In this document: positions 48,413 through 60,922 of the stretch, in pieces
Position numbering within the stretch: the stretch's first letter is position 1
Layout: every line of letters begins with the position of its first letter
Source of the DNA: Azolla caroliniana
Lineage: Eukaryota > Plantae > Polypodiophyta
DNA: 64,000 nt
Assembly (NCBI GenBank): GCA_043228905.1
Contig: JBHGNT010000007.1
Span: forward strand, 16,182,001-16,246,000
Direction: 5' to 3'
Translations under genes and position numbers: made by a program
Notes under the pieces: generated by a model
Database searches by the model: none
Told to the model about the DNA's origin: nothing
What the model saw: the letters and a program-made list of their open reading frames with translations, nothing else

Positions 48413-50497
48413 TGTCACGGACACACCAAGCGCCGACTAGGACGGAGCACACATGATGGGGCTAAGAGCGACGAATGAACTTGGAGCTAGATCTGACAAG
48501 GTAAGGAACTCTAGATGTTGTGAGCGACATGAGGGCATGAAGACAGAAATAAAGATCAAGGAGACAATGATAAGGCGAAACGAGAATACTAGATTGATGT
48601 GTCAATGACTGGTGTTGAATCCCTTGAAAGGGACCAAGGATGTTACAAGTATTTATACAGTTTCCGAGATTGAATATCTCTAGAATATACTCGAGAAATA
48701 TCTCGAGAATATACCCGTTTAGAACATACCACAAAATAATTCTAGAATATACTAACAACTAGAATATTCTCGAATGAACTATACACTAGACTCTACAATA
48801 TATATAAGTTCACAAGAGATTCCATATGGTTAATACAACATAATGTACTATGTGTTAAAGGTCAGAGGTTCGAGTTTAGAATGTGACATTATCCCCCCTC
48901 TTACACCACCTTCCCATATCGGTCGTCGCCTTAAAGGGATACTGTTGATGAAAATCTTAGACCACCTCCAAAGCATTTTGTAAGGAGTAACCCTTCCACA
49001 ACACAAGGTATTGAACACCAACAGGCATGAGCAACCATGTGCGGTCCTCGCCTAGTACTGGAACACGAATACCAATGGGTGTGAGTGACCATGTGCAGTC
49101 CTCACGGGGAGCATGAACACCAACAGACATGAGCGACCATGTGCGGTCCTCACCAGGAATTGGAACATGAACAACAACGGCCCTGAGCGACCATGTGCGG
49201 TCCTCACCGGAGACTGGAACACGAACGGGAGTGAGCGACCATGCGGCCCTCACCGGAGACTAGAACACGAACGGGAGTGAGCGACCATGCGGCCCTCACA
49301 GAAGACTGGAACACTAACGGGCGAAGGAGTGCAAGTGAAGCGGTCGACTCGACTTCTTCTATTATAAGAGGGCAAATAGTTGAGGTTGACCCAAAACATG
49401 GCACAAACGGCAGCGAGAAACCAACGCAATCCCCACCAGGAAAGTGAGCGGATGTGACCCCCACCGAAACTGGAAAGTGAGCGATCGAAATTGACCCTCG
49501 TCAAAAGAGAGTGGAGTGAAATGTATAGACCGACATGAAAAATGGAGTGTGAGTGAGCAACGATTCGATCCCCACCAGGAAAGTGAGTGGTTGTAACCCC
49601 CACCGGAACTAGGAAGGTGAGCGATCAAAGTGATCCTCTCCAAAGGAAAGTGGAGTGAAACTTGAACTGAAATGAAAATGGAGTTCAAGCGAGCGACAAT
49701 TCAATCCCCACCAGGAAAGTGAGTGGTTGTGACCCCCACCGGAACTAGAAGGTGAGCGATCGAAATCGGTCATCACCAATGGAAAGTGGCGCGAGACTTG
49801 AACTATAACAAAAATGCAGTACAAGCGAGCAATGATCCAATCCCCACAAGGAAAGTGAGTGGTTGTGACCCCCACCGAAAGCACTCCTCACCAAAACCGT
49901 GATGCAAAATGATACCTAAAAATGATGACAAGTAGTGTTGATGACGACAATGGTTGGGCAAAGAGGTGCTGAAAATGATGACGTCGAAGACAAGGATGTT
50001 GATGACGGTAACTCCGGAAGTAAGGACGGTGATGATGGTAACTCTAGAAGCAAAGGCGATTACGATGAAGGGTGGTGCTTCCCATCGAAAGGGATTCAAA
50101 CTATCACGGACAAAGATGAAGAAGGAGACAAGATGGAATGAAATGAGAATACTAGATTGATGTGTCAATGACTGGTGTTGAATCCCTTGAAAGGGACCAA
50201 GGATGTTACAAGTATTTATACAATTTCCGAGATTGATTATCTCTAGAATATACTCAAGAAATATCTCTAGAATATACTCGAGAAATATCTCGAGAATATA
50301 CCCCTTTAGAATATACCACAGAATAATTCTAGAATATACTAACGACTATAATATTCTCAAATGTACTATACACTAGACTCTACAATATATACAAGTTCAC
50401 AATCTATGTGGATAGGTCAGAAGGGATTCCATATGGTTAACACAACACAATGTACTATGTGTGTTAAAGGTCAGAGGTTCGAGTTTAGAATGTGACA
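48413..50497 (-). mobile_element. Element H: 2.1-kb non-autonomous chromovirus derivative (TRIM-like); LTRs 48413-48888 and 50102-50497
   Basis: 5-bp TSD CCTCT (48408-48412 / 50498-50502). PPT GAGGGGGGATAA at 48889-48900. Self-priming PBS at 50089-50099. Chromodomain remnant QYLVLWKGY...DFHQQYP. Internal tandem arrays at 49010-49320 and 49428-49880. Confidence 0.88.
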
Positions 50498-50744
50498 CCT
50501 CTGTCCATCTCAATCCTCTTCTGTTCTTCACTAGGTGTTAGGGTTTGTTTTCGAAAGCGTATGTCGACTGCAGAGGACTCCCAAAACTATGCCTACATAC
50601 TAGGCTAGATCTGTAGGCCTCTAACGGCCTACCGATTTCAATCCAATCTGGCTGTCCGATCCGGCTCATGTTTCCGGATACCATGCGAACACTGATCCGG
50701 CTCTCCATTTTGGATACCGATCCGGATCCGGTTGAGCTTGCTCG

Positions 50745-53700
50745 CTCAACATAGTTATTGGAGTCAAACTGGTACAAGCCAATATATTATGCGAGTCAGA
50801 AATTATCGACCGCCAAGAAAAATTATTTGAATACCGAACGTGAGGCTCTAAGCATGATTTATAGTGTCAACAAATTTTGACATTACTTGTTGGGTCGGAA
50901 ATTCACATTTCATGTCGACCATTCCTCATTACTATATTTAGTTTCCAAATAGGAGTTAACAGGTAAACTGGCAAGATGTACACTACTGCTCCAAGAATTT
51001 GAGTTCGACATTATTCATCGACTAAGGGTCCAGCACATAATAGCCAACTATCTTAGTCGACTAGAGTCGAGGGAGCCGAGTACAGGAGTGAATGATGATT
51101 TTCCCGATGCTCAAGTCTTTCGAGACGACATGGTAGCTTCGACTGCAAGGGATGAAGAAACAGTTGATTTGTGGAGCATTGAAATGTCAATATTTCTTAA
51201 CACCAGATTCCCACCAGAAGGAATGTTGGTGGATGAACAAAAAAGACTAGCAATTTGGAGTCGGATTTCTATTTGTTAAACAACACACTATATCATAAAG
51301 GAGCAAATGGCATATGGCGACGCGCGGTTGGACAATTCGAGAAAGAGACAATTTTGCATGAAGCTCATTGTAGGATAGTTGGTGGCCATTATGCTAGTGA
51401 AATGATAGCCAGAAAGATTTGGAACAACGGGCTATGGTAGCCGACTACTACAAAGGATGTAGTCGAATATTTCTGACAATGCAATCTCTATCTACGAACT
51501 AGTCAACCTACTGAATGGGATCATATGCCGCATCGACCGGTACTACCATTAGAGCCGTTCCAGAAATGGGGTCTCGAGTTGGTCGAACCATACAAACCTG
51601 CCACAGCAAGAACCGGGAATCGATATATTATAGTCGCTACTGACTATTTTACGAAATGGGTTAAAGCGAAAGCCTTTCGTGATAATACAACCGCGTCGAC
51701 AGCGAAATTTCTATACAAATACATATGGTGCGATTTGGTTGCCCAATTGAGTTAGTAAGTGATTAGGGTACTCACTTTGTTAAAAAACAATTGCATGAAT
51801 TGTCGACTTATTATGCGATGGTGCATAAAAGGAGTACTTTGTACTACCCACAAGCTAATGGGTTAGCCGAATCAACCAACAAGACACAACAGATGATTCT
51901 GAGAAAGATAGTCAATGAAAATTGCACCGATTGGGATTAGAAACTCCATAGTGCTTTATGGGCTTATTGCACCACCTATAAAACAATGATCAAGTGGACT
52001 CTGTTCCGAATGGCGTTCGGACTAGTGGTAATCATGTCGATTGAGTTTCAAATTCCGACACTGCACGTACAGGTAACTGAACGACTCGACGAGGAACAAG
52101 TAGAACAAATTCGGAAGGAGCAACTGTTGTTGCTGGAGGAGAGTCGGCTACAAGTCATGTGTCAATTGGAGCAAAAGCAAAGGCGAACTAAGGCGTTCGT
52201 CGACAGGCATCAACACAATAAGGAGAAGTGGTTTGAAGTCGGCAAGCCAGTGTTAGTCTTTCAAACGAATATGGGATCGATGCAGGGAAAACTAAGATTC
52301 TAATGAACTGACCAATATTGGATTATCGACAGCAAGGATGACACATATCAAGTCGGAACATTAGCTAGGGAGATCTTGCCAAAATGGGTCAACGGGTTCC
52401 GACTCAAGCCATATCAGGGACCGACCCCGACAAATCCATTTGAACAAGGCACCGACATAGGCAGTCCGTCGACTACTTAGTAAGTCGGTGATGAGGACAT
52501 TATTATAAATAATAATAATTAAAAGTATCTTGGCAAAAACAACCATAACAGAAAATCAATTTCGTCATCATTAGTTCTTGGCATTGTCCCTTTCAGACTA
52601 TAAATGGATAGGTACGCTCATGATTTAATATCCATTGAGAGTCGTGATCATTGAAGAGCCATTAATAGTAGATTCTATTTTTAACGTTCTGCTTTGAAAA
52701 ATGGAGTCACCACTTTTCCACAAAAATCCTTTGGCTACATTCTCTGTCACAGAGAAACATAGAAACAAACATCCAAGCAAATAGAGCACGAAGAATACTC
52801 ACACAGGTGAACAACGAACGCAGCAAACAATAGCAGTTGATCAATAGACTCTCTCCGGTGAGTACCGACCACATCGACGTTAGTTATGGAGGAGAAGCAA
52901 ACGATATAATGTTGTTTCATGTATTAGCGCACTTACGACAATGGATGAAGGCAAAATGCTTACAAGGGTACCTTCGAATAGCAGATATCGAACCCCATCA
53001 TCAAGGAGAGAGAGTGTGTGTGTGAGTGAGTGAGTGAGTGAGTGATGATAAGAAATGATATATTATATTATATGAAGAAAATATACAAGAATAGCTAGAA
53101 GGCTTAAGATTGGCGTTGAAGCGAATTGGTTCTCAATAATGCCATGTGCCTCTTTTTATATTATGCTTAGGAGTACTCTTGACATTTCTAGAATGTTCTA
53201 GAGAAATCTAGAATATACATGGATTTCCTAAGTGAAATAATAAATGGAAATAATATTCTTTGTATTACAATATATAGTTTAATGGTAGGGCTTCAACCCA
53301 TGTGACACAAGGTCATGGGTTTAAATCCTTTTGAAGCCATACCATGCTATATCATGACACAACCAACATAAGACCCCAAGGAAGGAGAAGGGGTAGCCAT
53401 CACGACCGACGTCGACATCAACAGCCTGGAGAATAGTCCCACGAGAAGAGTGGCAGGAACCAGAGCTGATTCATCAAACACCACCCGAACTCCAACAACC
53501 GAAGCTAATCCCGAACCCAAGAACCAAAGCAAATTGAAAACCTCGAACTCAAACCCAAAATTCAGCCAGAGCCGACATTAGCACCTCAACCTGAATGACA
53601 TCCACAAGAGAGTCGGCCCCGACCAAAGCAGTTAAGGAGAAAACAAAAGTGTTAGCGATACACTCAATCAGAGCAAGAGAATCGGCCGCCTAAGAGTCAG

Positions 53701-54260
53701 GTTGACTGACCACTACAAACTGAAACGCCAACTTCCAGGAGTGTCAAATAGGCTGAAACGCAGCCTATCGAAAGGGGGAAATCATCGATTATGTCCCCAA
53801 ATGAAGTCCTTGGCCTGCCTGAAATACCACCTGCAGCCGATGAGTTCGCGACACTATTACAATTCGGGACAGCTTACGAACTCGTGGATTGGATCGCCAA
53901 GAGAATGCAGCACGCGTCCGACATGCTGGCCTAGGAGCATAAGGATCGAGAAATGATTCAAAAGGCCATGCTCAACGTAATTGAACCAGAAGAACAGCAA
54001 GAACTACAGAGAATTGGTCGACAACGGGATGCGAAGAACAGGGGACAGGTGATTCAAATGCCTCCTCTTCATACAACGCTTGTCGAAGTACACTGGTAGT
54101 TCGCCAGAACAAACAAAGCGGCAAAGGATATGGCGGAAGCATGTAAACGAGCAACGACGGCAGCCGACCGTATGCATGCACAGTGTTCGTCATTACAAAA
54201 GGATAACACTGAACTGTTGGATCGACTCCGACAAACAGGAGAAAAAATGAAGGTAGAACT
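50745..54260 (+). pseudogene. Old Athila/Tat-like remnant: RNase H-integrase (50745-52460) and ORF2 remnant (52837-54260)
   Basis: Colinear homology with 10245-11950 (PHRPVLPLEPFQKWGL, GKPVLVFQT). WMKAKCLQGYLRIADIEPH aligns with ORF2 WFRQNGLEGFLAIMEAPPH. Confidence 0.82.
53005..53359 (-). mobile_element. Truncated LTR of the D (chromovirus) family
   Basis: Reverse complement matches 28900-29200 (TGTCATGATAT..., CCARTCTTAAGCC). Truncated at its microsatellite. Confidence 0.85.
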
Positions 54261-54626
54261 AATGATACACGGTTGCGTAACAGGGTATATGCCCGATGGA
54301 ACTGATGACAAGACGGATGTAGATAGAAGAGAAGAGAAGAGAGGTCCATTATATCGGATATGAGTAGAGAAGGCTTGGTAGCTATTCGGATCGGACAACT
54401 CTTCCTAGTGTAATAAAAAGAGATCTATCTTTATCTATCAATATATGTATGTAGAGAGAGCGAGAGAACATGAACTCATCTATTTTCATCGCTAAATTAG
54501 TGGTAAAAGCAGCTCTGCATTTCCTGCCATTTCCATCTGCTCTGTCCCTCACCGCCACAGACACAATCAAACGCGGGAGCATTGCCCCTCAGGAAATCCG
54601 AAAGAAGAGATACAGTGAGGGAGAAC

Positions 54627-55428
54627 ATGGATTCTCGCGACGACAACCTGATCATCCATTGCCCCTCAGGAAACGCATGGATGCAGACCCTCGAGGACTC
54701 CATCCAACTCCACAAGCTCGTATGTCTCTCACCTCCATCGCTCTTTCAAGCAGACCCTGAGTCTCTGTGTTTCTGAATCACGGGTTTTCTGCAGGTTGTG
54801 AGCATGTATTATGCATCCTGGAGCTCCCCTTCCAAGGCCATGTATGATGTGATGGTGAAACTGGCTGCGGTACAAAACCCTAATCAGGTCATCTTCTGCA
54901 AGGTTGACATCGATGAATCCAAGGTAACTTCTCTTCTGTCTCTCTATCTCAATCTAGGGTTTCAGGATTCCTAAAATTTTGCAGAATACCCCTATGTAGT
55001 AGTAGTAGTAGCAGTTAATCTTCAAAGAAGATCCGCAGGCAGTAAGTGTTCTGATAAATTTGGAAATCATATTAGGGATATTCTGGTTTTTGCCACGCTT
55101 TGCAGCCATGGAGGCATTTAAGCAATGTACTTACTATGTTTTGCCATTGGAAACTGCGAGCACACAATTTGTAATGATATTTGTCATATGCAGGACATGT
55201 CCACTCATGATTTTGTAATGATATTGTCATATGCAGAGAATCTCCACTCATCATTTTGTAAAAGATATTTGTCATATGCAGGACATCTCCACTCGAATGG
55301 TGGTTCGCATGGTCCCCACCATCATCTTCACACGGGAAGGAAAAGAAGTAGGCAGAATCAAGAGCGTCGTAAGCATTCAACACCTCCAGGAGAAGATCAC
55401 ATCGCTTTTACAACTGCAAATGACATGA
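54627..55428 (+). CDS. Thioredoxin h-like protein (122 aa), atypical WSSPS active site; exons 54627-54719, 54795-54923, 55282-55428
   Basis: GT-AG introns, both phase 0, at the conserved Trx-h positions (KL|VV and DESK|DI). The product has YASWSSPSKAM, VIFCKVDIDE and VRMVPTIIFTREGKEVGRI. The spliced frame is intact. Confidence 0.85.
55171..55294 (+). repeat. Three 44-45-bp tandem copies of the intron 2 / exon 3 junction
   Basis: GATAT(T)TGTCATATGCAG...CCACTC is repeated three times. Confidence 0.9.
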
Positions 55429-57436
55429 GAACTTCTTTTCATGGGTTAGCACCGCGAAGAAGAAGTGGTTTGACAAACTCTTTCCTCGATATGAATGAGT
55501 AAGCTAGTTTTAAGAACCCTTGGCTAGTGGTTTGCCTATACTGTAGGCCTTTTGTGTGTAATTGAAACAGTTTTGTTCCCGACTTTGGCCCCTTCCGAAC
55601 CTTCGCTTGCACCCTTAGGTTTTCCCAACTAATCAACTACTGCTGCCTCATTAGCATTACATTCCATCTCCTTCCATGGTCCACATCAAATGAAGCCTAT
55701 GGTTTAAAAGCTTGGCATTATGAGGTTTACTTCCATGAGCAACTAGCTGGGTGTGTGCCTACCTTGTATTTACCCCGAAGAGGATGTTAATTTGACTAAT
55801 TAGCCGCTTCTGTGCGCAATAATCTTTTCTTGTTTTTAACATCTTCGATAGCATGAGAACTGTTTTGGTCATCAATCAGCCTTAATAGGATCCAACAATT
55901 CACAAAACATGCTGAAAGATTTATCCACTATAAACGGAAATTAACTTTTAAGATTGATTATTAGCATTCTTCAAGATCTCTCGAATTCTTTTTAATCCTG
56001 TAGCCAAAAATCTCTCTTATGCATGATGTATATGTTTGACAACTGCTCGCCATTAAGGAGATTGGACTAGTAAAGCATTGGAGTAATACACAAAAACCTA
56101 TAGGAGTATGGGCACATGATGAGCCCATATGCTCCCCATATTCCACATTCAATCTTTGAATAGTACACACATTAACTTTACCGGAGTTCCAAATTTAGAA
56201 CATTAATTGAAACTGAGCAAGACTGAAATACAGTCCATTCTATTATCATGTGCACAAATCCATTTTTAACACATTTGAAGTAAATCCCTCCCGCAATACC
56301 TCAAAAGCATCCTTCGAAGTACACAAGAGGTGGAGTAAGCTTATCATAACACATAATGAAGTCACTGCTGAAATTTTAATGCTCAACCATCAGATAAGCT
56401 AATAGTAATTGTCTTGGTTTACTCCAAACGCCTCTCCTAAATAAGCTATCTACAACAGGAGAAACCTATGAAAACCAACTTTAACTACTAGTTAGCCCAT
56501 TATTTTATGATTTAATGGTGTGCATGCTTGCATACTATCTTGATTGTACCCAACTTAGTACAAATAACAGATGACTGCTTATTCAGACTCAAACATGTAG
56601 ATATACACTCGAAGCTTTTTTGAGAGGATGGACACCACCCTCATGAAGGAGCAATGAAGCATGCGAATGACTTGAAATGCAAGTCAACATTTATATAGAT
56701 GCATTTAGTGTTAATGTTCACACTAGACCAATTGCAATCTATGGGACAAGGCCTAGCCCATGGCAAAGATCGACCATGGGTTCTCTCAAAAAAAAATTAG
56801 GACTTTGAATTCTACAATGTAAACCACCAACCCAACAATCAAAGCGAAAGGAAAGCAATGAGATAATATAAGTGATGCTATTCATACCCCCAAATCACTC
56901 AAATCATCATGGATCAAATGGATGCGAAAAGTTGTTAGTGCTAAATTGCAATTTAGTTGTAATAGATTGACATTTAGGAGGAGATCTAACTTGATAAATT
57001 CTATGCTTGGAAAATAGCATGGAGATAACGCAACATGTATGTCCATGTCCTTTTGTATAAAATAATCGAAAGGGAATAAAAGAAACAAATTTTCATTTTG
57101 GCTTGGTTACAAGTGTGACTTACATGCCCTAACAAATAGAAATATCAATGGCCTTAAGCAGACCCAATTATGCCTTTTCATATTGATTATGCTTTTACAA
57201 TGAAACCTCAAGGAACATCTAAGAAGCAATTACGAAAAGCAAACATATCTTACATGTAGGTAACATCGAAATAAGTAAGAACACAATTTTTTGGGTAAAA
57301 CTCATGAAGGCATGCAATGGCAGGAAAGCATGACATTGTTTGGTAGACTAAATTGATTAACAACCCCAAAGATAAGCAATTTTTTTTCAAAGAACTATGT
57401 AGATACATCACCCTTAGACCTTAAGAACAAACAAGT

Positions 57437-57895
57437 AAATACGTGGTCAACATTCAATAAAGCATACAAGTTTTAATGGTTATAATGTCGACCAAAGGAC
57501 AAGAATCATGGCTCCGCCATAGCATCATTGAGAAAGTAACCTAGTCCTCAATAAAGCCATTCCATGTTTTTTAGCATATTGTCGCCCTTCAGAACAATCG
57601 CACAAATACGTAGTCAAGTTCAATACCTTCATACAAGCTTTAATGCTTATGATATTCATCAAAGGACACAAATCAACGTTCCTCCATAGCATCATCGAGA
57701 AGGTCTCGTAGTCCTCAAGCCATTCCATGTTGCACATAATGTCACCCCTGAGAACAATCGAGCAAATATGTGGTCATCATTCAATATCATACAAGCTTTA
57801 ACAATTATAACATTTACCAAAGGATGACAACCAAGGTTCCTCCAAAGCATTATTGACAAGGTCCCTCAATCCTCAATCAAGCCATTCCACATGAT
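57437..57895 (-). repeat. Degenerate ~160-167-bp triple repeat, possibly a decayed PPR gene remnant
   Basis: Units start at ~57437, 57604, 57764. Minus-strand fragments YAKKHGMA and SIKACM resemble PLS-PPR motifs. The repeat itself is clear; the PPR identity is weak. Confidence 0.4.
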
Positions 57896-60800
57896 GCTTG
57901 GGAGATGCCCAAACCTTTCGTCATCCTCGATGAATGAAATTTCTACAAACATTAGGTTTTCTCCATGACCAAAGTGAGCACTAATGCTAACGAAGCCTAT
58001 CATGCGTAACGAGCATTAGTGAACTAAGTAATGAACTTTCTTCTCTTCCACTTTGACGGCTCCCACTCCCTCAGTATCCATCCCCGCATGGTTGATTCAA
58101 GGCCAAACAAGGCATCATCAATAGTGACATTGAAACAACTATCAACAGTCTAGTAAAGCCTTGGCCATCTGCATGAGTTTGGCATAGATGTTGCAACACA
58201 ACAAGAGTCAAGGTAGTTGGTGTGCAAAAATGTATCTATAACAAATCTTACTTTAGAGTCATCATACAAGAATCAAACTTATGACATAATAGAAACCTCA
58301 TTTATTTGTTATTCACCTTATTTTTCCCTTGGGTTAACAACCATTTGAAATGACACTCTTTACTAGAAGTAACCAAATTAAATTAAGATTAAAGTTTCTT
58401 TCGCATTTGATTTTTACAGTTTTAACCCATGACACATTCACTACCCTAGAATATTACTCACCATTACCATATATAAATACCATAGAACACATAGTGCACT
58501 CTCATGTATAATTGACATGTTGAAATGATGGATTTCTGAAGTTAATCTGACGAGTCACAATTATGAGTAGAGAAGACAGCGCAAGATCTACGTAACAAGG
58601 ATTTTTAAATCAAGTATGACTCATAACAAGGATTTAATACCGCTCATAAAGAATTTAACATTCTATTAAATGTAAATTAGTAAAAAATAAATTAAATAAT
58701 TAAGTTATGTAGACATTAATTTAAGAATGAAATGTTAACTTAATTACCATTACTGTTATTATAAGCTACTGACAATAATAAATATATGGAACATATTTAA
58801 TTATTTGATCTATTTTTAAAAGTAAATTTATACATATAATGATACACTGTACACATATATCATTTAAAAAAATTCTCATTAAATGTTTTTTTATTTAATA
58901 CAAGAATTGAAATATAAAGTCCAGTAACGTAAACATTACCAATTTATTTAAAAGTTTTACTTCAATAAGTCTTAATTTAGGTTAATTTATTCACGGAGTG
59001 CCCAATTTTAAAACTATTGTTATTGATAAGGTAATGTCTAAAGGGAATGTTTTTATGATGAATCTAACCTAGATTCCATTTTAATATCTAGGAATGTGAT
59101 TTAACTTTAAGTTAAATTAGGAATATGTAACATAAACATTTACCTTATGATTTTTATGTTGTGAATCGTGATAATATCTTGATTATATGGTCAATTATAG
59201 TGATTTTGTTTTCCAAAAACAGGATACTACATTAGTATTAAGAAATGCCTTAACACAATACATAAAAGATGTAACTTTCAATAATGAGCCCTTTCTCTAA
59301 ATTCTAATTGTCGGCTTAAATAAATACTTCTGTGTAGAGTAGAACCACTCCATCTTATTAGAAATCCGTCTATAAAATATAAGTCTTTGCCCCAAATGAC
59401 ATGAAACTCCAATAATTTGAGCTCTGTCTAGTGCCTATTACCTTTTATGCTATCTAAAGAACCTCTAAGATTATGCACAACCTCTAACAAAATCCCAAAA
59501 ATGATCTAGGCTGGTCTTTTAGTCACATTTTAGAATACCGTCAAACATCGAGCCTTCCAAAATACCAAATTGTGATACTACTTACCAATTGTCATATTTT
59601 AGGTTTATTGGTCTCTATTTGTGGATTCAATGCTATCAATGTTTTTTGAATCAAACCATGTCTCATAGTGATAGCATCTGCAACATCCTCTTGTTCATAT
59701 ACCATTGGTTTATCTCGTACCACCGCCCACAATATATTGCTCCCCATGTATACATTGCTTGAGGATATATTGGTATTAATAGTGTTATGATTCTTTTCCA
59801 TATATCCATTGCAAAGTCACAACTCCTATTATACTAATTAATTAAGATACAATACAATTAACTACTCTAATGAAATAGAATAGTCTTCAATAGATGATTA
59901 TTTAATTGTCAACTAGAGAGTCCCTTTTCTTGAGAACTCACCCATCTTCTCAAATTAGCTCTCGTGCTTTAGTTAGTTACCTTTGCCTTTCCTTCTCTCT
60001 CTTTTTTGTGATAAGATATATAAATAGTTGTTTATTGCACACAATAAATATATCATGTAGTTCTTATCCACTTGAATTTAATTAATGAAAGAAAGAAATA
60101 AAAGTGTAAAACAAGCTAAATCATTAATACAACCATTTTAAAAATAGGCTTAATTGACAATATATTGATATCTCTCACACACTATTTTGGCATGTCGAGT
60201 TCACATGTGACGGGAGTAGTGACATTCAGTCATGATTCCTTTTGTCTTTTTTGTTTGTTACTTTTGAAGATTGATGTGGGTAATTAAGTTGTGCCACATT
60301 TTGATATCAAATGCACTTTACTTGGTGGATTTGACATTGTTGTCGTTAGTAAGGTTCATACTTGCAAGGATTCAAGTTAAGAATAAACGTAAAGCGACAA
60401 CATCGAATGCATACCTCCTCATGATCAACTTTGGTATATAACATGTAGAGTTAATGTTTTGCAATGGGAGAGCATTGAGCTTGATATACATATCCCTTTT
60501 TACTCTATAGTCGCCTTCGTAAGAGACTGAATGAAGCTAATGTAGTATCCTTTGTAATCAACTAAATATTGATTAAGTGTGAGAACATCTCCCTTAATAA
60601 GTATTTAATTGTGTGTGAGGGTCTCTATCAAGAATCTCTTACTAATTAATAAACAAAATAAAAGTAAAAGTAAGGTGAATAGATTGGATAGAATAACCAA
60701 ATCCTTCTAACCACCCTCGAGCTACCACTAATGTCCCATATGAATGGATATTAGGATGAAGAGTACCTTGGAAAAGGTAACATGATTGTTGTGAAAAAAG

Positions 60801-60922
60801 CCTAGCTCATGCCATTAGTGTCTAATGACTTTAGCCTTTTGATGCAATGTGTTTTATGATGGTAGGTAGGCCTAACATTTATACCTCCTCCTTGACCCCT
60901 TGACTAGATGTGTTTTTCTAAA

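Noticed and set aside
50653-54397. Inverted TGTCCGATCCG / CGGATCGGACA as termini of the old Athila-like element
   Set aside because: Flanks (CTGGC vs ACTCT) do not form a TSD and I could not find paired LTRs.
58300-60900. Very AT-rich stretch as a MITE, Helitron or gene
   Set aside because: No TIRs, TSD, terminal hairpin or credible exons found by eye.
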